DNA of 63,964 nt, filler included, from Saprolegnia diclina VS20 (lineage: Eukaryota): the NCBI RefSeq assembly GCF_000281045.1. It is 6 parts of 2 records of this genome, joined end to end, with 100 filler letters (N's around TTAATTAATTAA, not from the genome) between each part and the next. Parts side by side here need not be neighbours in the genome. Positions count along the whole stretch, not along the records: positions 37,843 to 58,929 come from NW_008246112.1; positions 59,030 to 60,301 come from NW_008246113.1; positions 60,402 to 62,022 come from NW_008246113.1; positions 62,123 to 63,964 come from NW_008246113.1; 2 more parts are not named here. One strand, written 5' to 3'. Under the pieces are notes generated by a model that was not told the DNA's origin, searched no databases, and saw only the letters and a program-made list of their open reading frames with translations. The first letter of the stretch is position 1; each line of letters begins with the position of its first letter. A program made the position numbers and the translations under genes. Of the stretch, positions 52,698-63,964 are shown piece after piece.

Positions 52698-54047
52698 ATG
52701 ATCACAACGCCCAAGGCGTCGGCGTACCATGCGCACGAGACGAGCGAGGCGTCGGCGGTCGCGATCCAGATCGAGGCCAAAGAAGGCTCCATCACGCACG
52801 CGTCGCCCGAGACGTCGGCTGTTGGGCGCTTCTTCCGGCGGCTCCTGCCGGCGCTGAGCTCGGCGTTTGTCGCGTCCGTCGCGTACGTGGACCCGGGCAA
52901 CTTTGCCACCAACATTCAGAGCGGGTCCAACTACGGCTTTACGCTGCTCTGGGTCATCCTCGTCGCTAACGTCATGGCGATGCTCTTCCAGACGCTCTCG
53001 GCCAAGCTCGGGCTCGCGACCGGCAAGAACCTGCCGGAAATCATCCGCGAGCAGTGCCCGACTTGGTTTGTGCTACTCATGTGGCTCATTGCCGAGATCG
53101 CGGCGATCGCGACCGACGTGGCCGAATTCATCGGGTCCGCCATCGCGTTTGAGCTCCTCTTTGGCATTTCGCTGGTGTGGGGCGCGCTCATCACGTGCTT
53201 TACGACCATGCTACTGCTGCTCGTGCACCAGCACCAGACGCGCGTCTTTGAGGCCGTCATCTTCTCGCTTGTCTCGGTGATTGTCGTCTCGTACATTGTC
53301 GAGACTGCGCTGCAGTCGATCGACTGGGGCGACGTCGCGTACCACACGTTTGTACCTGCGTTCGACGGCAAGGACAGCGTGTTGCTCGCCGTCGGGATCG
53401 TCGGTGCGACCGTCATGCCCCACGTTATCTACCTCCACTCGTCGCTCACGCAAGGTCGCTTCAGCGTCAGCGAGACGGGCGACGTCATCTTGCCGCCGCT
53501 CGCGTTTGAGATCACCGGCATCATCATCGCACTCGGGATCGCGGGCTTTGTCAACATGTCGATGCTCATCATGGCGGCAGCGACCTTCCACGCCAACGGC
53601 CAAAACGATATCACAACGATCGAGACGGCGTATGTGACGCTCGAGCCGCTCCTCGGCAAGGCCGCGAGCACCGTCTTTGCGATCGGCCTTCTCGCGTCCG
53701 GCATTTCGTCGTCGGCTGTCGGAACGCTCGCCGGCCAAGTCATCATGGCAGGGTTCCTCCGTCGCCAAGTATCGATGTGGATCCGCCGGCTCGTGACGAT
53801 CGTGCCGTCGCTCATTATTGTGTTTGCGGGCGTCGACCCGACCGAAGCGCTGGTCGTGAGCCAGGTCGTGCTCAGCTTTTGCATTCCGTTTGCACTCGTG
53901 CCACTGGCCTACTTTACGAGCAAGACGGCCATTATGGGCGCGTGGGCCAACTCGTACTTGATTTCGGCCATCACGGCCGTGCTCTGCCTTCTCATCGTCG
54001 GCCTCAACGTCTTTTTGATCGTTGGCGCCTTTACCGCTGAATCCTAA
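52698..54047 (+). CDS. mntH: NRAMP/MntH divalent metal (Mn2+/Fe2+):H+ symporter, intronless, bacterial MntH-A-like
   Basis: YVDPGNFATNIQSG, LSAKLGLATGKNLPE, GATVMPHVIYLHS, SSSAVGTLAGQVIM.GF, SQVVLSF.IPFAL. Confidence 0.92.
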   Translation: MITTPKASAYHAHETSEASAVAIQIEAKEGSITHASPETSAVGRFFRRLLPALSSAFVASVAYVDPGNFATNIQSGSNYGFTLLWVILVANVMAMLFQTLSAKLGLATGKNLPEIIREQCPTWFVLLMWLIAEIAAIATDVAEFIGSAIAFELLFGISLVWGALITCFTTMLLLLVHQHQTRVFEAVIFSLVSVIVVSYIVETALQSIDWGDVAYHTFVPAFDGKDSVLLAVGIVGATVMPHVIYLHSSLTQGRFSVSETGDVILPPLAFEITGIIIALGIAGFVNMSMLIMAAATFHANGQNDITTIETAYVTLEPLLGKAASTVFAIGLLASGISSSAVGTLAGQVIMAGFLRRQVSMWIRRLVTIVPSLIIVFAGVDPTEALVVSQVVLSFCIPFALVPLAYFTSKTAIMGAWANSYLISAITAVLCLLIVGLNVFLIVGAFTAES

Positions 54048-54299
54048 GCGCTCAATAAAGGACGTCAAGTCGCTGGACACCTCGAGAGACGGCAAGCATG
54101 ATGAAGCTTTGGATACACGCCTCTAAGCAGGCACACAACTTTTGTCGCAAAAGCACAGGACGCCGAACGCAGTTGGCTGTGCGCACTGTTGCAAGCATGC
54201 GGAGGTGACCGTTTGAGCGATTGGCCGTCGACGAGCTTTCTTTTGCGGCGCCATCTAGGTATATGTACGACGACAGCGTTGCGCGATCGATGGTCATGC

Positions 54300-57200
54300 G
54301 CTAAAATGGTGGAGCTTGCGGAACCGTCTGCCTCTGCGAGCTCTCAAGTGGCCGCCCTTTCCCAGCGTCCGCTATGTTCTCGCAATGCGCGTCTCGAAAG
54401 ACATGGTCATGCGTGAATACCAGCTCAATACGGTTGAAAATACTGGCGCCTGACGCCAACCCTAGCGCAATCACTGCCGCAACATAAATCGAGTTGAATG
54501 GTCGCCGAGCCTTGGCTTCGCGTCCCAGAGGCTTCAATGAGAAGCTGTCTTATTGCTTGGGTCCAACGTTATTTGGTTCTCGGAGAACACACTCTTCGAC
54601 CGACCTCCATTTTGGGGCCAAGCGGTAGGCATTTGGAACATGCTTACCGGTACCAGATCGTCGATCTCGTTCATATTTTGTCGTTGTCATCACATATACT
54701 TCGAAGAATGCTCCGTGTCAACAGCCATGGAGACACTGAGCGACGCAACGTGCAGCTGTAGCTCATATTTCGAGCCGGCCGTTGCATTTTCAGCTTCGCC
54801 GCCGATCGCGCGCCGGCGATGTGTGGCACCACATATGTCATGTTGTTAGCATCGCGTCTAGAGTGCACTAGCGTTGTAGACACTTTAAGTTTGGTTGCAT
54901 GTGGACGCATACAAGAAAAAATCAATGGCGGTTTGCTCGTTACGAGTACTTGTACTTGTTTTGGGGCCTGCAGCAGCTACTAGCGCCGACCCATCTTCCT
55001 TTTCCGACGTCAGTAGAAAGGACGAGACGTGGCTGCTCAGGCGCTATTGTGCTCGTCGTGACGCGTCGCCGTAGCCGTCGCAAGCATGCTGACGTGACCT
55101 TTTGCGCGCTGTCCGTCTACAACGAGGGCTTGTTCGTGGTGCCATCGAGATACATCCATGCCTGACTACCTCGTTGCGCGGTCGTTTGCGTCACGAGCAC
55201 GAGGAGCTCTGTCATGATGGCATCGTACGCTGCAACGTCTGCGCCAAACACGGCTGTAAAGTGCGCTTCGATATGGTCGCGGCCGTGGTTGAGCACGGGC
55301 GCTGGCTTGGTCGAGAGCAAATCCAGAAAGTTTGCCCAGCGCGCTGCAAAGGCGTCGTCCGTCATCACTACATTTATGGCGGCACGGACGTAGGCTCGCC
55401 ACGCCTCGAGAATGCGGTCCTCTTCGTCGATCGAGATGACGTCGCGGGCCTCGCTCGTCAGAACGGATAGCACCAAACTCTGCGGAAACGTCGCTACAGA
55501 GCGCTGTTTGGACGTCGTTGCACTTGGTGCGACGGCGACAACCACCGCGTCCTGGGAAAAGAACGACGAACTCGGAATCGATGTCGCCTCGACCTGTCGA
55601 CGCGCGGCCTCCTACACATACGACTAAGGACATTGTTCTTCTTGGAAAGGGAGGGACGTGGCCTGTACAGGAGTGAATTCGACGTCGTGCAGGAGGTAGG
55701 ACGGTACGTTTCGGGCGTTGATGTCGAAGCAGTGGGGGCCGTTCAAGCTGGAGCAAACCGTGATCGCGCGCGTCGCCGTCGAAGCGACATCGATCGTTGC
55801 GGGAAGCACTGCCGCTCCAAGGGTCGATCCTGCAGTGAGGACCAGTGTTGCCACGTACATCATGTTGATCGGTTGAGCAATGAACGCGCCAAACGGTTTC
55901 AAAATGCGTCGTTTTCGAATGGTCATCGCAAGCTGCGCGCAACAGCACTCGATCAATTCAGCCAACAAGTACGTAGTTTGGCTATACGGTACATTAGCTC
56001 CGCCGAGATACCAAGGCGGTCCTGTCAAAGACGATCTCAACAACGTATTAGTACCAGGTACGTACATCACGTGCAATGACGTCGATGCCCCTCGGCTTGT
56101 GTTCCCATAGCAACTCTGTGACTCCGTTCTTGGCAGCTGTGCTTGGCCTGTGGACGCATATCAGGTGAGACAACCATAGATCGGTTCCACACTATTTACA
56201 CTAAATGTGTGTCTTCAACTTGAACTAGTGCGTACTTGGCGCCAAATACCAAATCATCGCCGATTCACGCAAGAAACACTCGACAATCAATTGTCGCTCT
56301 ACTGAGTAACACCGACGCTTCACGCACGGCCTTGGTACTACGTAGTTGTAGAAATGTAGACAACACGAATTGTCCTCGCGATGCGTCCAGTTCCGCCAAC
56401 CCGTTCAACACGACAGCCCTGGGCAGTGGCGCTGAGCAATTTTGAGCTGGCGAATTCGAGTGATGCGTTCTTCCCATCCTCGAATGGACATAGGAGCGCT
56501 GCGTTTCGAAAACAAGCCGAATTTGCCGGCGCTCGCATCTTCAAGTGCATTTCTAACCCCACGCCGCTCGTGCTGGTGCTTGTGCACACGTGAGCATCTC
56601 GCGAACACAGATCCAGTCTCGCACGCATGTTTCGTAGCACCCCGATCACACCTACGCACGCTGCGTCGGGCCGATTGATAGCCGCCACTGGACATTTCTG
56701 CGCTCGTTCTAACGTTAGCATCACCAAGTCCAGCTTTGTCAACAACACGTAGTCGAGCACGCGGACATGTCGTCGTCCGACGTCGACACGCTCGATCGGG
56801 TGATTAACGCTGTCCCTTTACTAGTACTAGCGAGCATTCATGGCGGCGCGCACATGTGTCGACGGCCATCTCGTTGTTTGTCATTCGAAAGTCGTGCCGG
56901 CACCGCCGGCCAACTCGAGGACAGCATTATGTAGCTTCCGCTGCGCTTCAAGCCGACATCAAAGACCTGCGGGACATGCAGCACCATAATCTTAAAGATC
57001 ACGTCGGTAGAGATTGGCTTGGCGAGCTTGCGCTCGACATTGCCTTTGAAACTAGCATGAACCGCTACAGTACAACGAAGGAGCGAATAGCGATCAGCGT
57101 GCAAGAGACGCCTCGTTGGTCATCGAAGCGTGTCGAAGGCCTGGGGGTTGAAGTGCATCATCATTCGTGCACACGCCCTGGCCTCGGCAATGACCCGTGG

Positions 57201-57490
57201 GCAAACTGCGTCAAGCTGTGTAATCACACTTGAAGTACAGCGCGGGAAAAAGACACATCAGCATCTATTAGGCGAGCATCGATCAATCGACCGTGGCACT
57301 TGGGCATCATCGACACGCTTTCGGAGACGCTGGGTTAGTCGCTCTGCTGCACCGCGTGGTTGCACCCGGTGTCCGTACCGCCGGCTGTCCATACTTGAAT
57401 TGTGAGAAGACGAAGGTACAGGAACGGGGCACGAACCAAGGGTAATTTGTTTTGTACGTGAGTAACGCGGCAGCGGAAAGTGATTACCGA
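54300..57490 (-). other. Fragmentary, possibly degenerate multi-exon hypothetical gene
   Basis: Several protein-like minus-strand ORFs (55117-55545, 55624-56076, 56338-56760); no clear motif. Confidence 0.35.
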
Positions 57491-57693
57491 TTACCATAGT
57501 ATATCTGTAGCATACCTTGAAGATTCACCAGCATTCGCGTCGCCACTCGGTCGCTTCCTGCTATACGACCCGAGTCGGCGGCTGCACATTATCCGTCGAG
57601 CGCTTCGGATGTCGAGAGCAGCCCAGTGCTGCAGATGATTCGTGGACGTTCTGTGGTCGTTCTCCAATCTCCTCGGCTTGTCGACGCTGCCAC

Positions 57694-57738
57694 GTACAGG
57701 TGGACCAATGTGCCGTACAGGTGGACAGATGTGCCGTA
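57694..57738. repeat. 21-bp tandem duplication
   Basis: gtacaggtggac(ca/ag)atgtgcc x2. Confidence 0.7.
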
Positions 57739-58788
57739 AAATCGTAGAAAAGACACACAACACCTCGTCATGTCCCACCATTGGGGCAACCCACGCGTGA
57801 GAAAAAGGTGTGAAAAATACGTGAAATACCCGAAAAGACGCGCAATTCAAAGCACCGCATTGCGAAGGACGAGCTGGGATCGTCCGCAATCACCGGCATC
57901 ATTGGGCCACCTCGGTACAAAAGCAGCGATTATCAGATACACATACAACACCCACGCGGCAAGATGCTCGCTGGCGACGAGGAATTTGCGTGCAGGACGC
58001 TGAAGTACATGCAACGCCGAGGGAGAGGCGGTAGAGTGCACGAGGACTCGGGAGTCTTCCAGCGCGACGACGTAAGGTATGCTTCGTTGTTCCGAGGGAG
58101 CTCCTCTCAGTCCAACGCACCCCATTTGCGCAAACTCAGATCTTTGTCTCCCACTCGTCGGATCAGAAAAACGACGTCCACCGATGGCGGCACGACCAAC
58201 CGGCACGGTAGTATCATCCCACCACGACCGAGAGTGGCCACAGGTATTGCTTCAGCTTATCGTATCGTGTGCTGTGCTCTCTGGTCGTCGCGAGAGCTCA
58301 TGGCGAACAGAACCGTCGTCTTGCGAATGGTGTTGACGTGCTATAGACAGGCCTCCACGTTGGGCTCGCGCGACAGGGTGCCATAATCTCGATCTCTCCC
58401 ACAAATGTGCACCGATGCCACCATGCGGACGTCTCGGATGCTCCTGTGGCCTTTCTTCGAAATGTTGACGCTGCCATGGCATCGTCACGCCTTGACCTGT
58501 AACCGCAAGCTCTAAAAGCACACCGAAAACCTCCAGCAGTACATACAAAGCACCTCCATTCAAGGGCAGAAGCTTCGTTCATCGATCCTTCTGCGCTCTT
58601 GAGCATTGGGCGATGGCTGGCATTGAAAACGAAATCGTCTTCTTTGCGTGTGGAATCCAGATGGCCTGTCGCAGGGAGCTTTGTTGAAGTCGCAGCTGGT
58701 GTAACGTCGCACGCGCCGTGGCCACGAGTGGCAGCGACCTTTGTGAGGAGGTGATTCATTCATTTTTGCTTTTGCTCGGCAGTCGGAA

Positions 58789-58928
58789 GATGCGGTCGGC
58801 GCAAAACAGTATCATCTCCGAGTACAAGGTGGCGGCCACGCCCCGTGACGGCTACGAGGCCGGCGAGGACGACAGCGAGAAGCAAGCGCTCGAGTTTGCC
58901 GTCATCACGAGCGGCCTCGAACACCCGC
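58789..58928 (+). CDS. 5' end of a gene truncated by a gap
   Basis: TCATT Inr-like element upstream; MRSAQNSIISEYKVAATPRDG with genic codon usage. Confidence 0.4.
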
Positions 58929-60112
58929 ANNNNNNNNNNNNNNNNNNNNNNNNNNNNNNNNNNNNNNNNNNNNTTAATTAATTAANNNNNNNNNNNNNNN
59001 NNNNNNNNNNNNNNNNNNNNNNNNNNNNNTGGCGCTGGAGCCGATGCTCGTCCTCTTCGGCAAGTAGTCGTCAGGTAGCTGCCTGTATAACCCACTGCAT
59101 TCAATACATGGTTTTGCATCTATGTACACCAGTGACGGGGATCGTGACGTCCTCGTCAGTTCTATCGGCACCATTGTCACTGCACCGAGTCGCTCTCGTG
59201 GTTGGGCGGGCAGCGACGCACTGGGATTGACTCTCGATGTATGCGATGTGACCAACACTGCGTCATGTTGGTTGCCTTGATGCGGTGTCGAGATCTACGC
59301 TTCTCCATTGGCGGAAAACTTGGCGCTCTTCACCACACTATTGAATCTTTATCCGGATCCGGATACCAGTGCGATACGATCGCACCGGTGTGGGGCATTG
59401 AAAAGGGCCCCGAGACGCAACGCCAACACAGTGCGACCGAGCTCCACGCGAGTTAGAAGGGCATCTCTGTCCGTAACTGGGAGGTCATCATTTATCTGCT
59501 CTTACTCGTCGCCTGCTTCAAGGAAGGCTGGTGCAATGTGGGAAAGGGTGGGGGAAGAACGACGGTTGCAACACGAGTGCGAAGCAACGTTGTGCGCGCC
59601 GAGAGAGCCTTGGTTACTGTCCTTCGCGACGCATCGTCCGTACGCGAGCAACGACTCGAAAAAAGCACAGTCGGACATGTCAAATGGGACGTGCGAGCGG
59701 AAAGCTCAACGAGAAATCCAACTGCCAGTCAATGTGAACAAGACGACGACTAAACCTTGTAACTAACTAACTAACCGAGACCATCGATGCTGGATCGAAC
59801 GATTTATACAAAGGACACGCTTTGCCAACGTGGCACGCCGACGAGGCCGAACAAGAGCATGTGCGACAAGGCACAGTAAACGATCACATGACGTGGCAGC
59901 CGGACAGCTCGCCTCGGTTAAAGCCGCACGGGAAGTGGCGTTCTCAACGGTGTGATCACGGAGCCGTTGACGGTGGCAGTTTGTTGGGACGTGCCGACAG
60001 CCCGACGCTGCGTTCGACCATCCTCGCAGCAACGGGCGAGTCGACAGACGTATACCTTCTTCTTGCCAGTCGACCCGAGCGTTCATAAAGCTCAGAATTC
60101 AATTCACCCAGT

Positions 60113-60301
60113 ATGTCGGAAACCAGCAAGACCAGCGACACGAGCTCGAGCGCGTCCTCCAAGTTGGCGTCGGCGCGCGACAAGATGTCGGACAAGGCCC
60201 ACGAGCTTCACGACAAGGCCAGCGACAAGGCGAGTGAGGTCCACGAGAAGGCGTCGGACAAGGCGCACGAGCTCAAAGACAAGGCGTCCGACATGTCGAG
60301 C
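60113..60301 (+). CDS. LEA group 3-like hydrophilin with 11-aa repeats (3' end in gap)
   Basis: DKMSDKAHELH-DKASDKASEVH-EKASDKAHELK-DKASD. Confidence 0.7.
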
Positions 60302-60530
60302 NNNNNNNNNNNNNNNNNNNNNNNNNNNNNNNNNNNNNNNNNNNNTTAATTAATTAANNNNNNNNNNNNNNNNNNNNNNNNNNNNNNNNNNNNNNNNNNN
60401 NCTTGCTGGATTCAGTGGCGACGGCAGAGAGCGAGGGACACCAACGGTGTCGTCCCGTGACGCGCATGGCACGGCATCGCCATGAACTTGCCACGTATTC
60501 ATTTCTAGGCTTTCTCCGGGGCGCGCCGGT

Positions 60531-61170
60531 TCATTCGCCGGGTCCGGAGAGTGGTTGGGCGTCTCGATCTTTGCAGTAGACAGCCATCGGCGGCACGACG
60601 ACGACGGCGACGCCTACTGCGACGGCGCCCGCTGCAACGGCAACGCCGACACCAAAGACACCCGCGACTGTCTTGGTCACAAACCGAACAGGCGAGATCG
60701 AGCCAAAGGCCCAATGCGTCGAGCGCACGCATGCGACCGGCAGACACAGCGCAAGGTTGTGGTCAGTCCACTTGATGCAACCGCCGTCTTTCAGGATGGT
60801 CGTCGAACACTGGGCAGCGCTGCGCAGCGTGCGAGTGGCACCACGATCGGTACTGTCGGTCGCACTGCGGCCATCGGTGGTAGGCGTCGCCGCAGTCGCG
60901 ACACGACGGGTGCTGGTAACTCGGACAGTCGGCGCGGCGCTTGTTCATCTTCTTGTTCTTGTGGTGACAGTGGCGACCGCGCCCGCGGGGCGAAACGCAG
61001 GAGGGCCAGCGTCATCTCATCTCCTTGACGGCCGCCGGGGAGCTCGACGTGCCATGTAGTCGTCGAGGGCATTAGGTGCCGAGCGCGCGAAGACCGCTGC
61101 AGCGACCAGCACTTCCGCGGCAAAGGATGTACGACACAGGGCACACAGCGCGCCGAAGCGCGCCATGGCC
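60531..61170 (-). pseudogene. Frameshifted inverted paralog of the RBR ligase at 62.3-63.3 kb
   Basis: NKRRADCPS..SCRDCG.AYHRW..CD..YR.WC and SPVRFVTKTVAGV segments lie in different frames; RING1 and RING2 are eroded. Confidence 0.75.
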
Positions 61171-61633
61171 CTTGGAATGGCGTCCCCCCAAAAAAAATTG
61201 TCAAAACGTCAGCTGCAATGGCAACCCATTGGTCGTGCATTGACCCATGCCGTTGGTGCACCACTGGAAACGTCGTACAACATGGCGTCAATACGTAAAC
61301 CACTCTACGTTATGGCGTTATGGTGCTATTGCAATCGTAGACGCCCATCGCGTCATATACATGATGAATCTTTGATAAAAAGTGGGCCCAAACTCAGTCC
61401 TTCTATCTAGGCTCTTGCGGACGCTGGGTTTGGAACTGTATCGGCAATGTCATCGTGCCGTTGCAGACAACTCATCGTGCGAGAGCAGTATGTATGAGTT
61501 GTCCTGAACGTACGTAGATGCAGCACAAAGGACGGACACGTTAGTAGCACAACTATACACGCACATCGACTCTGGACTCTACTGCAGTCTACTATGTGCA
61601 CCCCGCACCATTTTTCGCGCCTTCAATCGAGTG

Positions 61634-62218
61634 CACCACCTGTTTGTGCAGAACAACTGCAAACCGTTACCCAGTTTTGCGGTTGTAAATCAAGTTGCCA
61701 ATCAGGTCTGCTGTTCGATCGCACGCCATCAGACGACATCGCCCTTTTTGCCTTTTCAACCGTAACCGGTCGAGTTTGCACTTGATATTGCACTATCATG
61801 CAGACAAGGCGAGACAGAGAGGTGAGGCCGACATGGCGGCGGCGCGCTCGCTTCTCCCGTCACGACGAGAGGCTCGGAGATATTCATGGAGCGTTCGGTG
61901 GCTCACATAAACAGCGAATGCGAATGATATCCGAGCTACTTGTTGAACCAAGGGACGTTCGAAGCATCAGACGCGTGGGTACTTTGCTTGCCCGCCCATC
62001 ATCCCAACAATGTGCGCCTCGANNNNNNNNNNNNNNNNNNNNNNNNNNNNNNNNNNNNNNNNNNNNTTAATTAATTAANNNNNNNNNNNNNNNNNNNNNN
62101 NNNNNNNNNNNNNNNNNNNNNNCACCACCTGTTTGTGCAGAACAACTGCAAACCGTTACCCAGTTTTGCGGTTGTAAATCAAGTTGCCAATCAGGTCTGC
62201 TGTTCGATCGCACGCCAC
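61634..62218 (+). repeat. ~95-bp direct repeat (61634-61728 / 62123-62217) flanking a gap
   Basis: caccacctgtttgtgcag...gatcgcacgcca is identical in both copies. Confidence 0.8.
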
Positions 62219-62311
62219 CAAATGCAGTGTTTGTAAACTCGGGAATGTCCTTCTCACATTCAAATACGAGCCATACGCCGCGCGCAAAATTTCCGTCCCA
62301 TTTTCGACGCA

Positions 62312-63279
62312 ATGACCTCTCCTTGCTATCCCACAATGACGCAGGTACACTAAGAACTTGCAGTTTCCCCTTGTATGGTGCAAAATGCTTATCTGCATCG
62401 ATCTAGCCAACCCCAGTGTCTTGTCTAATCGCCTCGAAGCCCCAAAGCGACGACATCGATCACGACGTTGCGCGACTCAGCGAGCCGGTGACAGCACCAT
62501 GCAACATTTGTCTGCTCGACCGACCCGTCGAGCGTGCCTACCAGTGCCCGCACTGCGACGCTAAAGTCTGCTACGACTGCTTTCACGCGTACTTGACGCA
62601 CCAGATCGACAACGGCAACATTGCACCACATCAGCTCGTGTGTCCGGGCGACTGCCGGCAACCCGTGCCGCGCCACGTTCTGGCGCGCGTCTTGTCGGCG
62701 AGTCATCTTCAAAAATACGTTCGCTTTCTCGAAGCGTACGAGCTCCGGCAGCGCGGCCGTCGGTACTGCCCGCGACCGCAGTGCGGCCAGCTGCTTCCGA
62801 CATCAGCCTCGCGCAAGAACAAGAACAAGCGCCGCGTCGACTGCCCGAGTTGCCAGAAGTCGTCGTGCCGCGACTGTGGCGGCGACTACCATCGGTGGTC
62901 ACGCTGTGACCACGCGTACCGGGTGTGGTGCGAGAAGCACGGCGCGCAGCGCTGTCCACACTGCTCGATCATGATTGAAAAGGTGAATGGCTGCCCCCGC
63001 ATGGAGTGCGCGCGCTGTGGCTTTGAGTTTTGCTGGCAGTGCCGCGTGGCCTTGGACGATCACAACGCCGCGCTGTGCCCGCTGCGCTCGATGGCACGCT
63101 CCGAGCACCGGTATTTTGGCCCCGTGTCGCCCGTCCGGTTTGTGACCAAGACGGTGGCGGGTGTTGCGGGTGCGTGCGTCGTTGTAGTCGTCGTCACGAT
63201 CGCGGTGCCGCCAGTCGCCATCCTTTACGCCTATTGCCAAATCCGTTATGGTCATGGGTTCCCCTTGTTTGGCACATGA
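62312..63279 (+). CDS. RBR (RING1-IBR-RING2) E3 ligase with C-terminal TM anchor (RNF144/RNF217-like architecture)
   Basis: CNIC..C..C.DC..YL..QI..CP..C; YCPRPQC..CPSC..CRDC...H..C; RCPHC..IEK..GC.RM.C.C..EFCW.C; hydrophobic tail. Confidence 0.88.
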
Positions 63280-63682
63280 AAATAGCTTAATCTCTAGGAA
63301 TGTTGTAATGTCTGAAATGCGGTTTATCAGAGGTCTTGTCTCTAACAAACAGTTTACGTTATGATGATAACTTTTGCTGTTTTTCAAAATCAAGAGTCTG
63401 TGTCTTTGTGCCTGCCGGGGTGATACCACGAGCAGCGCCAGAGAGTGCCTACGTGCCGCTCATGGTCGCTTCGGAAATTGCATCTACTAAGCCTATTTGA
63501 CCATTTGAACCAGCCCCGATAGCATTGTACGGCTCCATTATCGTGGGTGTTGGTACGAGCCAGAGTTTGCTTCGTCGCTTGCGATGGAGCATTCAACTCG
63601 CAATACCATGCGCGTGGCGTTTCGTGGTACACTTCCCGGCGCAGCACGGAAGTTGAATGTTTGCCGTCCAGATAGACGCTAT

Positions 63683-63768
63683 AAGTAGACAGGAGGCTAG
63701 ATTGTCATTTTCATGTAAAGTTGATAGACGCGACAAGTAGACAGGAGGCTAGATTGTCGTTTTTCATC
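63683..63768. repeat. ~32-bp imperfect direct repeat x2
   Basis: aagtagacaggaggctagattgtc(a/g)tttt(t)cat. Confidence 0.7.
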
Positions 63769-63874
63769 TTAAGTTGGTGCTTCTAGCCCGCTATGCCGCT
63801 TCCAAATGGCTACAACTGTAGCGGTTAATCGAATCGGCTAATGTATTGCGCCACTCGAGCGTCGTATATACCGG

Positions 63875-63956
<82 letters not shown>

Positions 63957-63964
63957 TATAGATA
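63875..63964. repeat. (GATA)n microsatellite
   Basis: About 22 tandem GATA units running to the window end. Confidence 0.95.

Noticed and set aside
61634..62218. 95-bp duplication as a biological repeat of interest
   Set aside because: The second copy begins exactly at a gap edge, so it may be a haplotype or assembly overlap.

Overview
Gene-dense, GC-rich eukaryotic DNA with short GT-AG introns and N-gaps, several with TTAATTAATTAA filler. The gene content (GPCR-PIPK, TKL receptor-like kinases, large multi-TM and RNI/LRR family proteins) points to a saprolegnialean oomycete such as Saprolegnia; this is inferred, not searched. About 25 protein genes or fragments are recognisable. The most notable observations: (1) two short TSD-flanked, (TA)n-tailed retro-insertions with unrelated bodies but a shared 58-bp 3' tail, one disrupting a large membrane-protein gene; (2) a UMP-CMP kinase fused, through five phase-0 introns, to a complete CaMKII-type association (hub) domain; (3) a tandem pair of ~131-nt C/D-box snoRNA-like genes with covarying terminal stems; (4) an intronless NRAMP resembling bacterial MntH group A (HGT candidate); (5) four tandem receptor-like pseudokinases; (6) a divergent class II photolyase-like gene; (7) a hairpin-rich ~300-nt intergenic segment. 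Exon boundaries were read by eye and are approximate.
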